A stretch of DNA of 64,000 nucleotides from Zootoca vivipara (taxonomy: Eukaryota), in assembly GCF_963506605.1 (NCBI RefSeq), contig NC_083288.1, positions 32,736,001-32,800,000 on the forward strand, given 5' to 3'. Position 1 is the stretch's first letter, and every line of letters begins with the position of its first letter. Below the pieces are notes generated by a model. The model worked only from the letters and a program-made list of their open reading frames with translations. It did not search any database and was not told the DNA's origin. Positions 47,242 through 60,300 of the stretch are shown piece after piece. The translations under genes and the position numbers were made by a program.

Positions 47242-50200
47242 ATGGTAGTTTTAGTGCTCTTGCTGCTGGCACTGTTTCCTCACATGGTATGCAAGGCTCA
47301 CACTCTTCAGTGCAGTATCCTTTATCCTCACTCTCCACTTCACACATATCACCAGTCAGGAGACCTCATCATCGGTGGTGTGGCTTATCATGCTGGCATC
47401 GTCACCAGTTTACTACCTTTCACAGAAGAACCTCTGCCAGTGTTGACGGAACCATTTGTGTAAGGTCTTAATAACTGTTTGCTTTTCTTGTCTTTTTCAG
47501 GCACTAGGGTAATAAGAAGCCTTGAAACGCTGGCTCCTTGAATTGAGCTGTAGGAAAAAGCTAAAGTGTTTAAGGCAAGGGTTGAGGGTCTGGTGAGAAA
47601 AGGTAGCTTTATAAAATAAGTTACAGTCATTGCACACACAGAATACAAAAGCATAAAAATAAAGAAAGCATAGAATGACCCCCCCCCAAAACCCACCCCA
47701 TCCTCCTGATCTTTAAACAGTATTCTTTTTACAATTCTGAATAAGAACACTATAGGTTCTGATATCAGTCTTTCTTCTAAGATAACATTAATAACTGGCT
47801 ATCTTAGCTTCCAAAAGCCATTTGCAGATTTACAGATTTATGTACAATAGATAAAATCTCATTCATCGTATTTAGAATTATCATCGGGGGTTGATACAAT
47901 AGCTATATCACCTTTAAACAATTTTCCTGCAGTAGAGAAGCTACAATAAAGTTACAATAAACAATCATTCCTAGAATTTTCTTTAATAAATTTGCTGCTT
48001 CTTTTTCCTATTATGATAATTTTGCAAATGCAATGCCTGACGGTATATTTTGGAATCTGCTTTCTTTGGGTTATTAAACAAAATATTTTCAAACCATGAG
48101 AACTCTTGATAAGTTGTCATTCTCCTCACCACCCTCCTAATTTAAAATGTATAATTTCTGAGTATTCAATTAGTAATGGTGCTCATTGACATGTTGAAAA
48201 GTTTTCTGTACTTTTATCCAGTCTCTTTGTATACTGTACACCATGATACATATATTGGTCAAAATATCCTAATCGTCCTTTGTTGAAATTTGAACACAAA
48301 CACTGGTGTTGTTTATCTTTTTATAAATATATATACCTTATAAATGCTATAATACCTACTTTTTGACATTGCTTTTTTTAAAGTGTGGGATAACTTTCTG
48401 AAACAGATTCTCACTTTCATTTCAGTGTAGTCCCTAAGCATTACCAACACATCCTGGCTTTGGTTTTTGCAGTAAAGGAGATCAATGAAAATTCTCTGAT
48501 CTTACCCAATCTCACTTTGGGTTTCCACATCTATGACAGTTATAACAGCGCAAGGAGGACTTATCATGCCACAATGCTGCTTCTATCAGCACTGGAGAGA
48601 TTTCTCCCTAACTACATATGTGAGCAACAGAAAAATCTAATAGCAGTTGTTGGGGGACTGGATGCCCAAATTTCCATCCACGTGGCAACTCTCTTGAGTA
48701 ACTATAAGGTTCCACAGGTAGGAATCTCTCTGTCTGTAGGTGAGTGGGTGTAACATGGGGAGTTAACACATATATTCTTAGACATACTGCATTTCTGTTC
48801 TATAATTCAAAGACGTTAATGTGTGCCTTGCAAAAAACAAGACAGACTTATTTTTTCCATGCATCTCAGAGCCAAATTTGAAAAACAAGTTTAGTCCGAT
48901 GTTGTTGATAGAGTTTTTATGATGCTGTCAGTTCTGCTGTTTCTTTTGTTTTATTGTTTTGATCGTATTATATTCAGGAGGTTAAAAGAAAGCTTAAACT
49001 GTAGAAGAAAATATTCTTCATAGTACATTCACCATTGAGGGGAAAATTAAGCGCAAATAAGGACTACATAAAAACTATCAATGTATGGAAGAACCGCACC
49101 TTGCCAGGTGAGCTCTGAATGTAATGTTAAGAAAAACAAGTGCTCAGAACTTGAGTAACTAATATCAAGGCAGCAAGGAGAGTTCAAGGGAGATAAGCAT
49201 TCACTATTTATGTGGACATCCAGGTAGACACAATTAGGGGGAAACACAATTAGAGGCAAGGGAAAGCAATGTGTAGTTGGACATGCACTCTTGATTGTAA
49301 GAAGGCTGATTTCAAAAAAGGTTAAATAACTACTATGTGAGATCTCATGGTCAGAAATACTCAGAGAGAAGGGAGCCCAAGATGGATGGGAGTTTCTTAA
49401 AGGTGAAATATGGAAGGCGCAAATGCAGATGATTCCAACAAGAAAGAAAAGTGAGAGACATCTAAAGAAACTAATGTGGCTGCATAAGGAGCTTACAGAT
49501 GAGCTGAGATTTTTTTAAATAAAAAAATCCTCTTGTCCTCTATAGCCCCCACACTCCACAAATAACTGTTCCAGATATACCGTAGGGAGCAGTGGTTTCC
49601 CTTGAGGGGAGCAGGAATCAACAAAATGTAATTCCCTATCTTGCTGACATATGGCTTTCATCTGAAAAGGGAGCAACACTGGTTTCTAACCTACATGGAT
49701 ATGTTTTGAAACCTTCAATATGCAATATACAGTATATCTGATTATTGTTGTCTTTCTTCATCTCTTCAGCTCATATATGGCTCTGTCCCATTGATGAATG
49801 AGAGAAACTTAGGACTTTCTTTCTACCAGATGGTACCCCATGAAGCCCTTCAGTACAAAGGGATTCTTTCTTTGCTTCTGCATTTCAGGTGGACATGGAT
49901 TGGGGTCCTTGTAATGGATAATGAAAATGGTGAAAGATTTTTGCAAGCTGTTTTGCCAGTATTTAACCAGAGAGGTGTCTGCTTTGACTTTACAATAAGA
50001 GTCCCTATGTTAACTTCTGTCTCTGAACTGAATGAAATGCTAGAAGATGGGACAAGGATACACAATGAACTAATGAATAGTACAACCAATGTAGTTGTGT
50101 TTTATGGTGAATCTAATTCCATGGTGTTTTTGAGATGGCTTCCCTATTTTTACAGAAATCCACCACGCCTACCAAAGGGCTTAGTGTGGATATCAACAGC

Positions 50201-53200
50201 TGAAATGGAGCTCACTTCCTTGGGTTACCAAAAGGATTGGGAAACAGAAATATTCCATGGTGTCCTGTCCTTCACAATTCATTCCAGTTACGTCCCCAAT
50301 TTCAAACCATTTCTTGAGAGCCGAAATCCTTCCATTACAAAAGAAGATGGTTTTATCAAGGACTTCTGGCAACAGGCATTTAGCTGTGTATTCTCAGATC
50401 CAGATGTGGAAGATGTGGAAGGGGATATTTGCACTGGGGAGGAGAAACTGGAGAGCCTTCCAGCACCATTCTTTGAGATGGGCATGAATGGCCACAGCTA
50501 TAGCATCTACAATGCTGTCTATGCTGTAGCCCATGCTTCACATGACAAGTTTTCATTTAGATTCAGAGCAAAGGAAGGCAGAGGAGGCCAGAAGTATCAG
50601 AATCAACAGTTGTGGCAGGTAATAGGCTCACGTGACAGAGCATTGCAACTGTATAATCTATCTCTGATTCCTAAAGAGTGAGCACATTTATCATGAATAT
50701 TTTCTCACTCAGAATGTTGTACCCAACATTCAATCTTATTATGAAAGGTTCAGCTGTGTCCTCTTCTAAATTCTGGCCATTCCCTTATTCAAACTAGATC
50801 CATCACTTTCTCAGAAGTGTGTCCTTTAACAACAGTGGAGGAGACAATATTTATTTTGACCAAAATGGGGAGTTAGTGGCTGGATTTGATATAATCAACT
50901 GGATTGTTTCTTCAAACCAATCATTTCACACAGTGAAAGTTGGGAGTGTAGATGCCAACCAAGTCTTCAGAATCAATGCAAATGCTATTACATGGTACGA
51001 CCAGTTTAACCAGGTAGGCCCCAATTGTTAGCCATTTGAGTATTATTGCCACTCATCTTCCAAGTCCCTGAACAGGGAAACTGAGTGAACGGCAACACTC
51101 CCACTGAATTCTTTGAGACTCAGGGTATTCCTGCACAGAATGTTGACAATTGACCTCTCCCAGAGGGAAGTTGATCAGCAACACTTTGAGGAGCACTCTG
51201 GCTCCCATCAAGTTATGTGGGAGCCAGCACATGGTGGAGGGACCATGAGATAGCAATTCCTGCTTTGCCTCAGGTGGTAAAATAGGATGAGGTGTATCTG
51301 ACTTCATTCATAGATTACTGAAAAGAGATATGACTTTAGTAACAAATGAAATGTTCACACAAAGAAAAGGATTCTAACCTCATTATTATGAACATTATTT
51401 TTTGGTTTTCTCTTTTATGGATTAGTCCCAGCCTCTTTCTTTATGCACTGAGAGGTGTCACCCAGGTTTTAGGAAGAAAGTGAAAGAAGGAAAGCCATTT
51501 TGCTGCTATGATTGCATCTCATGCCCAGAAGGGAAGATTTCAGATCAGGAGGGTAAGTATCTGATATACGAGATCACTTGAATCAGAGTATTAAAAACAG
51601 ATCCATTTAATAAAAATGATGAAACCTTCTGTGTATCTATATAATGGGTAGTTCTGGTGATATCTTAGCATAGAAGAAAACTTTCAAAGGTAGTGTTTAG
51701 CATCACCTACACATTGAGGTTTCAAACACATTACCTGTTTGTTTGCTTTGTAAAAAATGAAGCTTGTGGACCCCTCCCCCCCCCCCCAAAAAACTTAGTA
51801 GTTCTGGCTCATACATTTGTGAAATGGACACTTAACTGTTGTAATGTAGTTTAAGGGGCCCTGCCTTCAAAGAATTTCACTTCCTTCAATGGCTGTGAAA
51901 TAAGGAGATAACTCTTCCAGGACCACATCATTTTCCTATATTTTATGAAATATATGAATGTTTGTCTGTGCATTTATATATATATATATATATTATTTAC
52001 TTCTACCCCCCTTCTCCTCTCCTTCCCCTGCCTGAACTTTTTCACAACCTCTGGAGGGCTACGAAGAACAACTACCATTGACTTATAGGTGTGACCAGAA
52101 ACCGTAAATGCTCAAAAATTAATTAATGAAGGAAGAAGGGGAAAATAAACAGAATACAAGAACCAATCAAAATGTATCAATTACCAAATATATGGTTCTT
52201 ACATATTTTATGGTCATGACCTAAGATTAGATCATATTGTGACCAGGTATTAACTGAAATAAATGTAACAATGTGGTATGAAGTGTCAAGAGATGCTCAG
52301 CGTAGCTTTAGAGCTACAAAAACACTGACATTGCTATATCATATGAACATAGAATCTTATCTGTCAGGAAAGAACAATTACAGCATGTTGCTGAGACTAA
52401 GGCTACATGTTTTCTTTTATAGACATGAATGACTGTAATAAATGTTCAGATGAAGACTATCCAAACAGGAACCAGGACATGTGTATTCCCAAGGATATAA
52501 GCTTCTTGTCTTATGAAGAACCTTTGGGCATCAGCTTAGCTTGCTTTGCTCTTTCCTTTTCTTTGATCACTGCTCTGGTGCTGGGAACATTTTTGAAGCA
52601 CCACAACACGGCCCTTGTCAAAGCCAACAACCGAGACCTCACCTACACTCTCCTCATCTCACTCCTACTTTGCTTTCTTTGTGCATTGCTATTTATTGGC
52701 CGACGTGACAAGGCGACCTGTCTCCTCCGACAAACTGCTTTTGGCATCATCTTCTCAGTAGCTGTTTCTTGTGTGTTGGCAAAAACCATCACAGTGGTTC
52801 TGGCTTTCATGGCTACTAAACCAGGATCCAGGATGAGAATATGGGTGGGAAAGAGACTGACCAATTCTGTTGTTATTTCCTGTTTTCTTATTCAAGCAGG
52901 CATCTGTACTGCGTGGCTGGGATTCTCACCCCCATTCCCTGATGTTGATATGCACTCAGTGGCTAAGGAAGTTGTTCTAGAGTGTAATGAGGGATCTGTG
53001 GCTATGTTTTACTGTGTCCTGGGCTACATGGGTTTCCTGGCTCTTGTCAGCTTTACTGTGGCTTTCTTTGCCAGGAAGTTACCTGACAGTTTCAATGAAG
53101 CAAAGTTCATTACTTTCAGTATGCTGGTTTTTTCCAGTGTCTGGTTATCTTTTGTTCCAACCTACCTCAGCACCAAGGGAAAATACATGGTAGCTGTGGA

Positions 53201-53324
53201 GGTCTTCTCTATCTTAGCTTCCGGTGCTGGTCTTCTGGCTTGCATCTTTGCTCCCAAATGCTATATTATTTTGTTGCGACCTGAGTTGAACAATAAGGAA
53301 CATCTAATAAGAAATAGGGCATGA
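47242..53324 (+). CDS. Vmn2r: Vomeronasal type-2 receptor gene 4, intact, 867 aa; exons 47242-47459, 48426-48717, 49770-50618, 50798-51013, 51426-51552, 52423-53324
   Basis: Exons 218/292/849/216/127/902 nt = 2604 nt in frame; GT-AG junctions; an additional in-frame ATG lies at 47209. Confidence 0.95.
49265..49510 (+). mobile_element. CR1 LINE internal fragment
   Basis: AAGGCTGATTTC..GATGGATGGGAGTTTCTTAAA..ATGTGGCTGCA resembles CR1 ORF2. Confidence 0.5.
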
Positions 53325-53609
53325 AGAATTTGCACATCTTCATCATACCTTTTAGTTTTTAATTTTATAGTTGCTCTGTGTAGATTTTCCAACAGATTTT
53401 CACATCTAATATGACACTTCTCAAAGTGTCCTGAGTCATGTGGTATTAAAAAAATCCTCTATACTTTCCAGAGAATGTTAATATGTAGCTAAAGTATGAG
53501 AAAAACCTTTCTTGAGAATATAACAACCAACCATTCCTTTTTTTCTGGGGGTACTCAAGAGATATGAGCTACCAGCCCATTTTTTTTCCTAGAAGAAAAG
53601 TTTTGCAAA

Positions 53610-53835
53610 TGTTTCTTAATTCCAAAAGGACTCCAAATCCTTCGCTTAAGAATTGTCTTTAATGTAACAATTAACTACACAATTACCTAGTCAGAAGCAC
53701 AGTAATTAGTTACTGTGTTCAACCAAACCCCTGTGGAGTTTCAGTTGCCACTAGGAAAACAAAGAACAAAGACTGTGAAGGTCTTCCTAAATATCCCAGT
53801 GCAATTCAGAGGTAAAGAGAGGGACTGGGAACAGG
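53610..53835 (+). promoter_or_regulatory. Promoter homolog of the V2R pseudogene (TATA changed to CCTAAATA)
   Basis: Aligns by eye with the gene 4 and gene 6 upstream blocks (GTAATTAG, CCCTGTGGA, CAAAGA). Confidence 0.55.
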
Positions 53836-53981
53836 CAAAAGCCTACAGTTCTGATCTTGGTTATTCCAGGCTTCAGACCTCTCAAGGAAATGCAAAATGT
53901 TCAACTTGGGCAGTTTTAATGGCAGAGGTCTGATGTTTCTGCTGTAGAAGAAAATATAGGTTTTTATATGTAGTACTGAGG

Positions 53982-55578
53982 ATGGCGATTTTAATCATTT
54001 TCCTGCTGGTCCTGTTTTCTTGCATGACATGCAAGGCACATATTGTTCAATGTAATATCTATTATCCTCCTCTTCACACATTTCACCATCCAGGAGATGT
54101 CATCATTGGTGGGGTTGCTTATCATGCTGGATTCATCATCAGTGAAATACACTTCATGGAAGAAACCCAGCAAAAACTGGGAGAACAATTTGTGTATGGC
54201 CCTACTGACTGTGTTTGGCCCTTCCCTCCTATGTTTTTGTGTATGGCCCTTCCCTCCTATGTTTTTTATTCACTTATTTTATTTAACAGACTATTGCCAC
54301 AGGGTGAATGGGTGCTATTGCTGCAGCCTTAGAAATCTGGCGTCTTGGCTTGGGCTGTAGGGTAAACATCACTGTATTTCCCGCAGTAGTAGGCAATATT
54401 GTGCCCATGAGATGTTGTTGAACTGAACTAGAAGTTCTTATCAGCCCCAGCCAGGATCCCTCTGGACATGTAATCTTCAGGTTATGGCCGCGGCAAACAC
54501 GGAAGTGTATACTTCCTGGTTTCTCTGCACACACATGTGCACAAACACTCTGTGCCCCTTGCCCATGCATAGAAACGCTCAATCACGCCACGCACATGCG
54601 CAGAAGCGCACCTCTATTTACGTAATTTCTGGGGTGTTAACAGACTCCCAGAATGAAGTAAATTCATATCCCAAAGGTCCACTGTACATCTATGTTTGCC
54701 ATCGATAGCTAAGGCACATGTCCCTCCATAGTTACTTTCCTCTCTACTTGTGTCTCCCTGTTCATCTCCACTCTTACCTCAGTTGGCTGCCTTTTCTTCT
54801 TTTAATCAATTTTCTTCCTTCCTTAAAAAAATTGGACTTATCAAAAAGTTTGCTTGAGGCTTGTTCAGTCCTTTTTACTCTATCGGTCATTTATTTAAAA
54901 CTTCTTTTGTCCCCGTTAAGGAGATTTGCATGCTAATACAAAACTAATGCAGCAATCCAATGTGCAAGAAGCTGGTGTAAAGCAAACTGGTATAAATTAA
55001 AGCAGCATAAAGTTACACCAGATCCAAACCTAATCCAGCAGAAAAGCAGCCACTGATGCCCTGCCTAAACTTGCCAGAGGGAAAACAAGAATTTAAAACT
55101 GGTATTCTATGCCAGGTTGCCAGGTAATGCGACTAAACAGAACATGCTTATGATCCAGTTTAATGCCCTCCCTCTCTGGTCCCACACCGCCATGTCCCCA
55201 GGATGTCCACATTTCAGATTTAAACTGTTCAGTCATCTCAAGCTCAGGTGGCTCAATATGGGCATCTTGAAACCCTATAAAGAACAACCCTGCAAAGAAA
55301 ACTCAGTAAATAAAATTTCATGGGAAAAGAAAGCATTATGTTCACCTGACACTTTCAATGAAGCCAAGTTCATCACTTTCAGCATGTTGGTCTTTTGTAG
55401 TGTTTGGGTATCTTTTGTTCCAACCTACCTCAGTACCAAGGGAAAATACATGGTTGCTGTGGAGATCTTCTCTATCTTAGCATCTGGTGCTGGTTGCATC
55501 TTTGCCCCCAAATGCTACATTATTGAGTTGCGGCCTGAGTTGAATGAAAGGGAACATCTGATAAGAAATAAGAGCTGA
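53982..55578 (+). pseudogene. V2R pseudogene (gene 5): exon 1 (53982-54193) plus only the 3' end of exon 6 (~55345-55578); exons 2-5 and TM1-5 deleted
   Basis: Exon 1 is homologous to genes 4 and 6 ([13 protein letters not shown]). Intron-1-like sequence joins directly to [15 protein letters not shown]...CIFAPKCY, which also lacks 3 codons (ASGAG---CIF). No other exons lie in between. Confidence 0.9.
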
Positions 55579-56009
55579 AGAATTTGAGTGCACAGCATGC
55601 ATGAATAAAGAGAGTTCACCAGACAAGGGGTTAAAATTGTCTTATTCTGCTATGTTATCTTCTTTTCTTCATTGTTTTGCGGGCTCCTGTGTGGAATAAA
55701 ATTCTTTAATTCTACACTGAAATGGAAAATAAATCAGTAATGTGTTTGTATTTAGATTGTGAAGCATGGCATGGAAACTTCTATTGAAGCTCAAGAAGAG
55801 CTGAGAGAATATTCTAGCAGTTAATGATTAAGTGGGGCAGGATCTCAACTGGGTCAATCACAAGGTGTTTAGCTTAGAATCACGTGAAAGCTATAGTGTT
55901 ACAAGTCAATGCATATGCTTATCTCTCTCCAAGAAAAGAACCTCAGGCTAATGGAAACTGGAATGGAGGACAGCAAAGCTTGGGATTTTAGCTCTGGAAG
56001 CAATATATA

Positions 56010-56239
56010 CAGTAGTACCTCTACTTAAGAATAACTCTACTTACGAAGGCTTCTACTTACGAACGGAGCTCCGTCCGCCATCTTGGATGCAGTTTAGATA
56101 AGATTTTTTCTACCTACAATTTTTTAGGTAACTTACGATTTTTTTCTCCCAATGCATTCCTATGGGATTCGACCCAAATTTTTCCGACTTACGAATGTGC
56201 GTTCGGAACGCATTAAATTCGTAAGTAGAGATACCACTG
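56010..56239. mobile_element. Tigger-like MITE
   Basis: CAGTAGTACCTCTACTTA / TAAGTAGAGATACCACTG; TA TSD. Confidence 0.87.
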
Positions 56240-57027
56240 TATTGTAATCCAAGTAAAGTGAGCTACGCTTGGACAAGTACAGTATAGGACATTATGCATC
56301 TATCTGAATGTAACTTTGTTTCAAGTTGTTTTGGAATGAAGTTCTGCAGCAAATCTTTTGAACCATATTTTTGCACTGAAGAATTTTTATTTCAAAGAGT
56401 CAGTTTTTATTCATATAATTTGCCTCCATATGTGCACTGTTAATGGCCTCAATAGCCCAGGTTCTGAAATCTTTGGGGGAAATCCTTCTCTTGTATTCAC
56501 CACCTTCACAGGTACACTTGGTAGGGGTGCAGGAGAGGGCCTTCTCAGTGGCTACACCCAGACTTGGGAACTCCCTCCATAGAGAATTTAGAAAGACTCT
56601 CTCCTGGTTGTCCTTCCTTCAGCAAGTGACAGCAGGTGACAGCAGGCAGCTAGGCAAGAATACATATAGGGGTCTGTCAGTGCCTATAGCTTGATGGATC
56701 ACAGATCCATATTACTAAGCGTCTCATAGTTGGCATTCAAACTCATAACTGTATGGTAAAAGGGGTGAGTTGAGGGACTTAATGACTTTCAGGTGCCCCC
56801 CCCCCATTATATTCTGACCAACATCATCTTGTTTAATGTAGATTCATGAGGGAGCATTTATTGAGACCGCTCATGATGCAATAGGAAGGAGACCTTCTTC
56901 TAACCCCTACCACAAGATATGAATCCAGTGTTCTCTTCTTGCTGCGGGTCATTCCAAACTTCACCATGCCTTCCTATCAAACTAAAGAGTGAGAGAAATC
57001 TTCTCTTCAGAATATTTGACAAACAAC

Positions 57028-57255
57028 TTTTCTTAATTCCTAAAGGACTCCACACCCCCCATGTAGGAATTGTTGTTAATGTAATAATTAACTACACAAT
57101 TAGTTAGTCAGAAGGACGGTCATTAGTTATGGTGTTCAACTAAACCCCTGTGGAACGTCTTTGGTTGTTAGCAGAACAGAGAGCAAAGAGTGTGAAGGTT
57201 GTCATAAATATATCCTGTGCAAATCAGGGATATGGAGTGGCGCTGTGAACAGACA
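57028..57255 (+). promoter_or_regulatory. Putative V2R gene 6 promoter
   Basis: TAATTAA, CCCTGTGGAA, AGCAAAGA, and CATAAATA at 57203, 107 bp before ATG. Confidence 0.6.
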
Positions 57256-57309
57256 GGGGTTCACACATCTGCTCTTGGATACTCCAGGCTTCACACTTCT
57301 GTACCGAGG

Positions 57310-60300
57310 ATGGTGGTTTTAGTCATTTTGCTGCTAGCTCTCCTTCCTCCCATGGGATACCAGACTCACAAAGTTCAGTGCAATATTTATTACCCACAGC
57401 CTCCACTTCACAAATATCATCAATCTGGAGACTTCCTAATTGCTGGTGGAATTGCTTATCATGCAGGTGCCATCGTCAGTGAACTAGCCTTCAGGGAAGA
57501 ACCCATGCCAACATTGACAGAACCATTTGTGTAAAGCCTAAAAGATTATTTGCTTTTCTTTCCAAATATTGTCTTACAGTGGTACCTTGGGTTTCAAATG
57601 CTTCCGGTTACAAACGCTTCAGGTTGCAGACTCCGCTAACCTGGAAGTAGTATCTCGGGTTAAGAACTTTATCTCAGGATGAGAACAAAAATAGCGCCAC
57701 GGCGGCAGCATGGCAGCAGCAGGAGGCCCCATTAGGTAAAGTGGTACTTCAGGTTAAGAACAGTTTCAGGTTAAGAATGGACTTCGGGAACCAATTAAGT
57801 TCTTAACCAGAGGTACCACTGAATTTTTATATATATATAATAAACAATTTCCACTAGGATAATTTGTGCTAGTGCTCCAGCCACAGAATACAAAACTTAG
57901 GGACAAATCCTATCCACCAAACGCTAGTGTAAGGTAAGATGCTGCAAATTAATGCAGCATAAAGTTTCACCAGCTCTAAACCCTTTTCGGCAGCAGGGCT
58001 CCTGCTCATATTCTGTCCATGCCTGGCTTAGGGAAAACAAGCCTTTAAAATATGTACTATGCCAGGTTACCAGGTCACATGACCAAGCTGGACATGTTTA
58101 GGATCTAGCAAAGGCTCTGCTCTCTGGTTCCACCCCTGCCTTGCCCCTGGCATCCTCCTTTTTTCAGTCTTAAACCAGCTTGCCTCAACCAGCTTCATCA
58201 CAGCCAGCTTGGTTGAGATGACCAAGTTATGCTGAACTGTGGTTGGGGATTTAATGCCAACTGAGCATGGTTGAGCCAGAGATCCTGTGTATCCTAAAAT
58301 CCTCCTCCTGTTGGATCTTGCCATGGGGTTGCCCCATCAGTCTGCTCCATCTTCACTATGATAGCTTTTAAAAATGAACAACATTCCATCTGATTTGTTA
58401 TATTTTAACTCTATTTTCAAATCAGCTTTTTAATGAAATAAATGATAAGAATCTAAAAATTTACTTAAATCAGAACGGAGAGTTTCTGGAGAGCCTCAGC
58501 CCAGGATACCTGAAGGAGTGTCTCCACCCCCATCATTCAGCCCCGACACTGAGGTCCAGCTCCAAGGGTGTTCTAGTGGTTCCCTAGAAGACATCTGAAG
58601 GCAGCCCTGTTTAGGGAAGTTTTTAATGTTTGATGTCTTATTGTGCTTTTAATATTCTGTTTGGAGCCACCCAGAGTGGCTGGGGAAACCTAGTCAGATG
58701 GGCAGTGTATAAATAATAAGTTGTTGTTGTTGCAAATGTGACAGCTGTCATAGTTAATCTTTAATATATATGTAGGCCACCTTATAAATATATCCACCTT
58801 ATATATAAATACTGTAATGATTGATTGTTAATAAAGGAGAAACAGAACACAGTGGTAATACATAAACTAAGTATGGAATATCCTTCTGAAAAAGAATCTC
58901 ACACTTCTTTCAGCATAGTCCCTAAGCATTACCAGCACATCCTGGCTTTGGCATTCACAGTCAAAGAGATCAATGAAAACCCTCACCTCTTACCCAATCG
59001 CACTCTGGGCTTCCACATCTATGACAGCTATTTCAATGCAAGGAGGACTTATCATGCTACAATGCTACTTTTATCCACACAGGAGAGATTTATCCCTAAC
59101 TACATATGTGAGCAAGAGAAAAATCTAATAGCAGTCATTGGGGCAGTGGATGCCCAAATTTCCATTGATGTGGCAACTGTCTTGAATAACTATAAGGTTC
59201 CTCAGGTAGGACAGCTCCGCTTTTTCTTTCCCTCCCTCCCTCTATGTGATCCCCCACATTTCCTAATCTATTATTTCAATACATTAATGTGTGCCTTGAA
59301 AATAATGAGACCTCCTTTTTTATGAATCTCACATGCAATCCGAGTTTTAGGATCCTGTTTCTGATATGGTTTTTAGGATGCTGTGAGTGCTCATAATGCA
59401 TTCTATAATTATAACTTCTTTCTCTCTCCCCTAAAATTCCTTTAGCTCATATATGGCTCTGCTCCACTGAAGAGAGAGAGAACTCCAGGAATTTCCTTCT
59501 ACCAGATGGTCCCTCATCAAGCACTTCAATACACAGGGATTCTCTCTTTGCTTCTTTATTTCAAATGGACATGGATTGGGGTACTAGTAATGGATAATGA
59601 AAATGGTGAAATGTTTTTGCAGACTGTTTTGCCAGAATTTTCCCAGAGGGGTGTCTGCTTTGACTTTATAATAAGAATCTCTATGTTTAGGTCCACCTCT
59701 GAATTGGATGAAATTCTTGAAGATGGATTAAAAATACATAATCAACTCATGAATAGTACTACCAGTGTGGTTTTGTTTTATGGTGAATCTTATTCCATGA
59801 TGACTTTGAGATGGATTCCATATTTTGCAGAACATCCACCAAGTCTACCAAAAGGTATAGTGTGGCTAACAACAGCTGCAATGGAGCTCACTTCACAGCT
59901 CTATCAAAAGAATTGGGAGGCAGAAATATTCCATGGTGTCCTGTCCTTCACAATCCATTCCAATGACGTACCAGCATTCAAAGCATTTGCTCAGAGCCAA
60001 AATCCTTTAAGCGCAAAAGGAGATGGTTTCATCAGAGACTTCTGGCAACAGGCCTTTGAATGTGTATTTGCAGATCCAAATGTGGAAGATGTGAAGGGGA
60101 ATATTTGTACTGGGAAGGAGAAGCTAGAGAGCCTCCCTGCTCCATTCTTTGAGATGAGCATGACTAGCCACAGCTACAGCATCTACAATGCTGTCTGCGC
60201 TGTAGCCCATGCTTTGCATCACATGTCTTCAACTAGATTCACATATCAAGCAATGGAAAGAAGAGGTGGATGGAAGTACCAGAATCAACAGTTGTGGCAG

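Noticed and set aside
8540-52864. Recurrent antisense ORFs (e.g. 8540-8746, 18993-19190, 37827-38033, 50288-50485)
   Set aside because: Shadow frames of the conserved V2R exons on the opposite strand.
55117-55578. 153-aa ORF as a standalone two-TM protein
   Set aside because: The N-terminal half is intron 1 sequence fused by deletion to the exon 6 remnant; no promoter or acceptor supports it.
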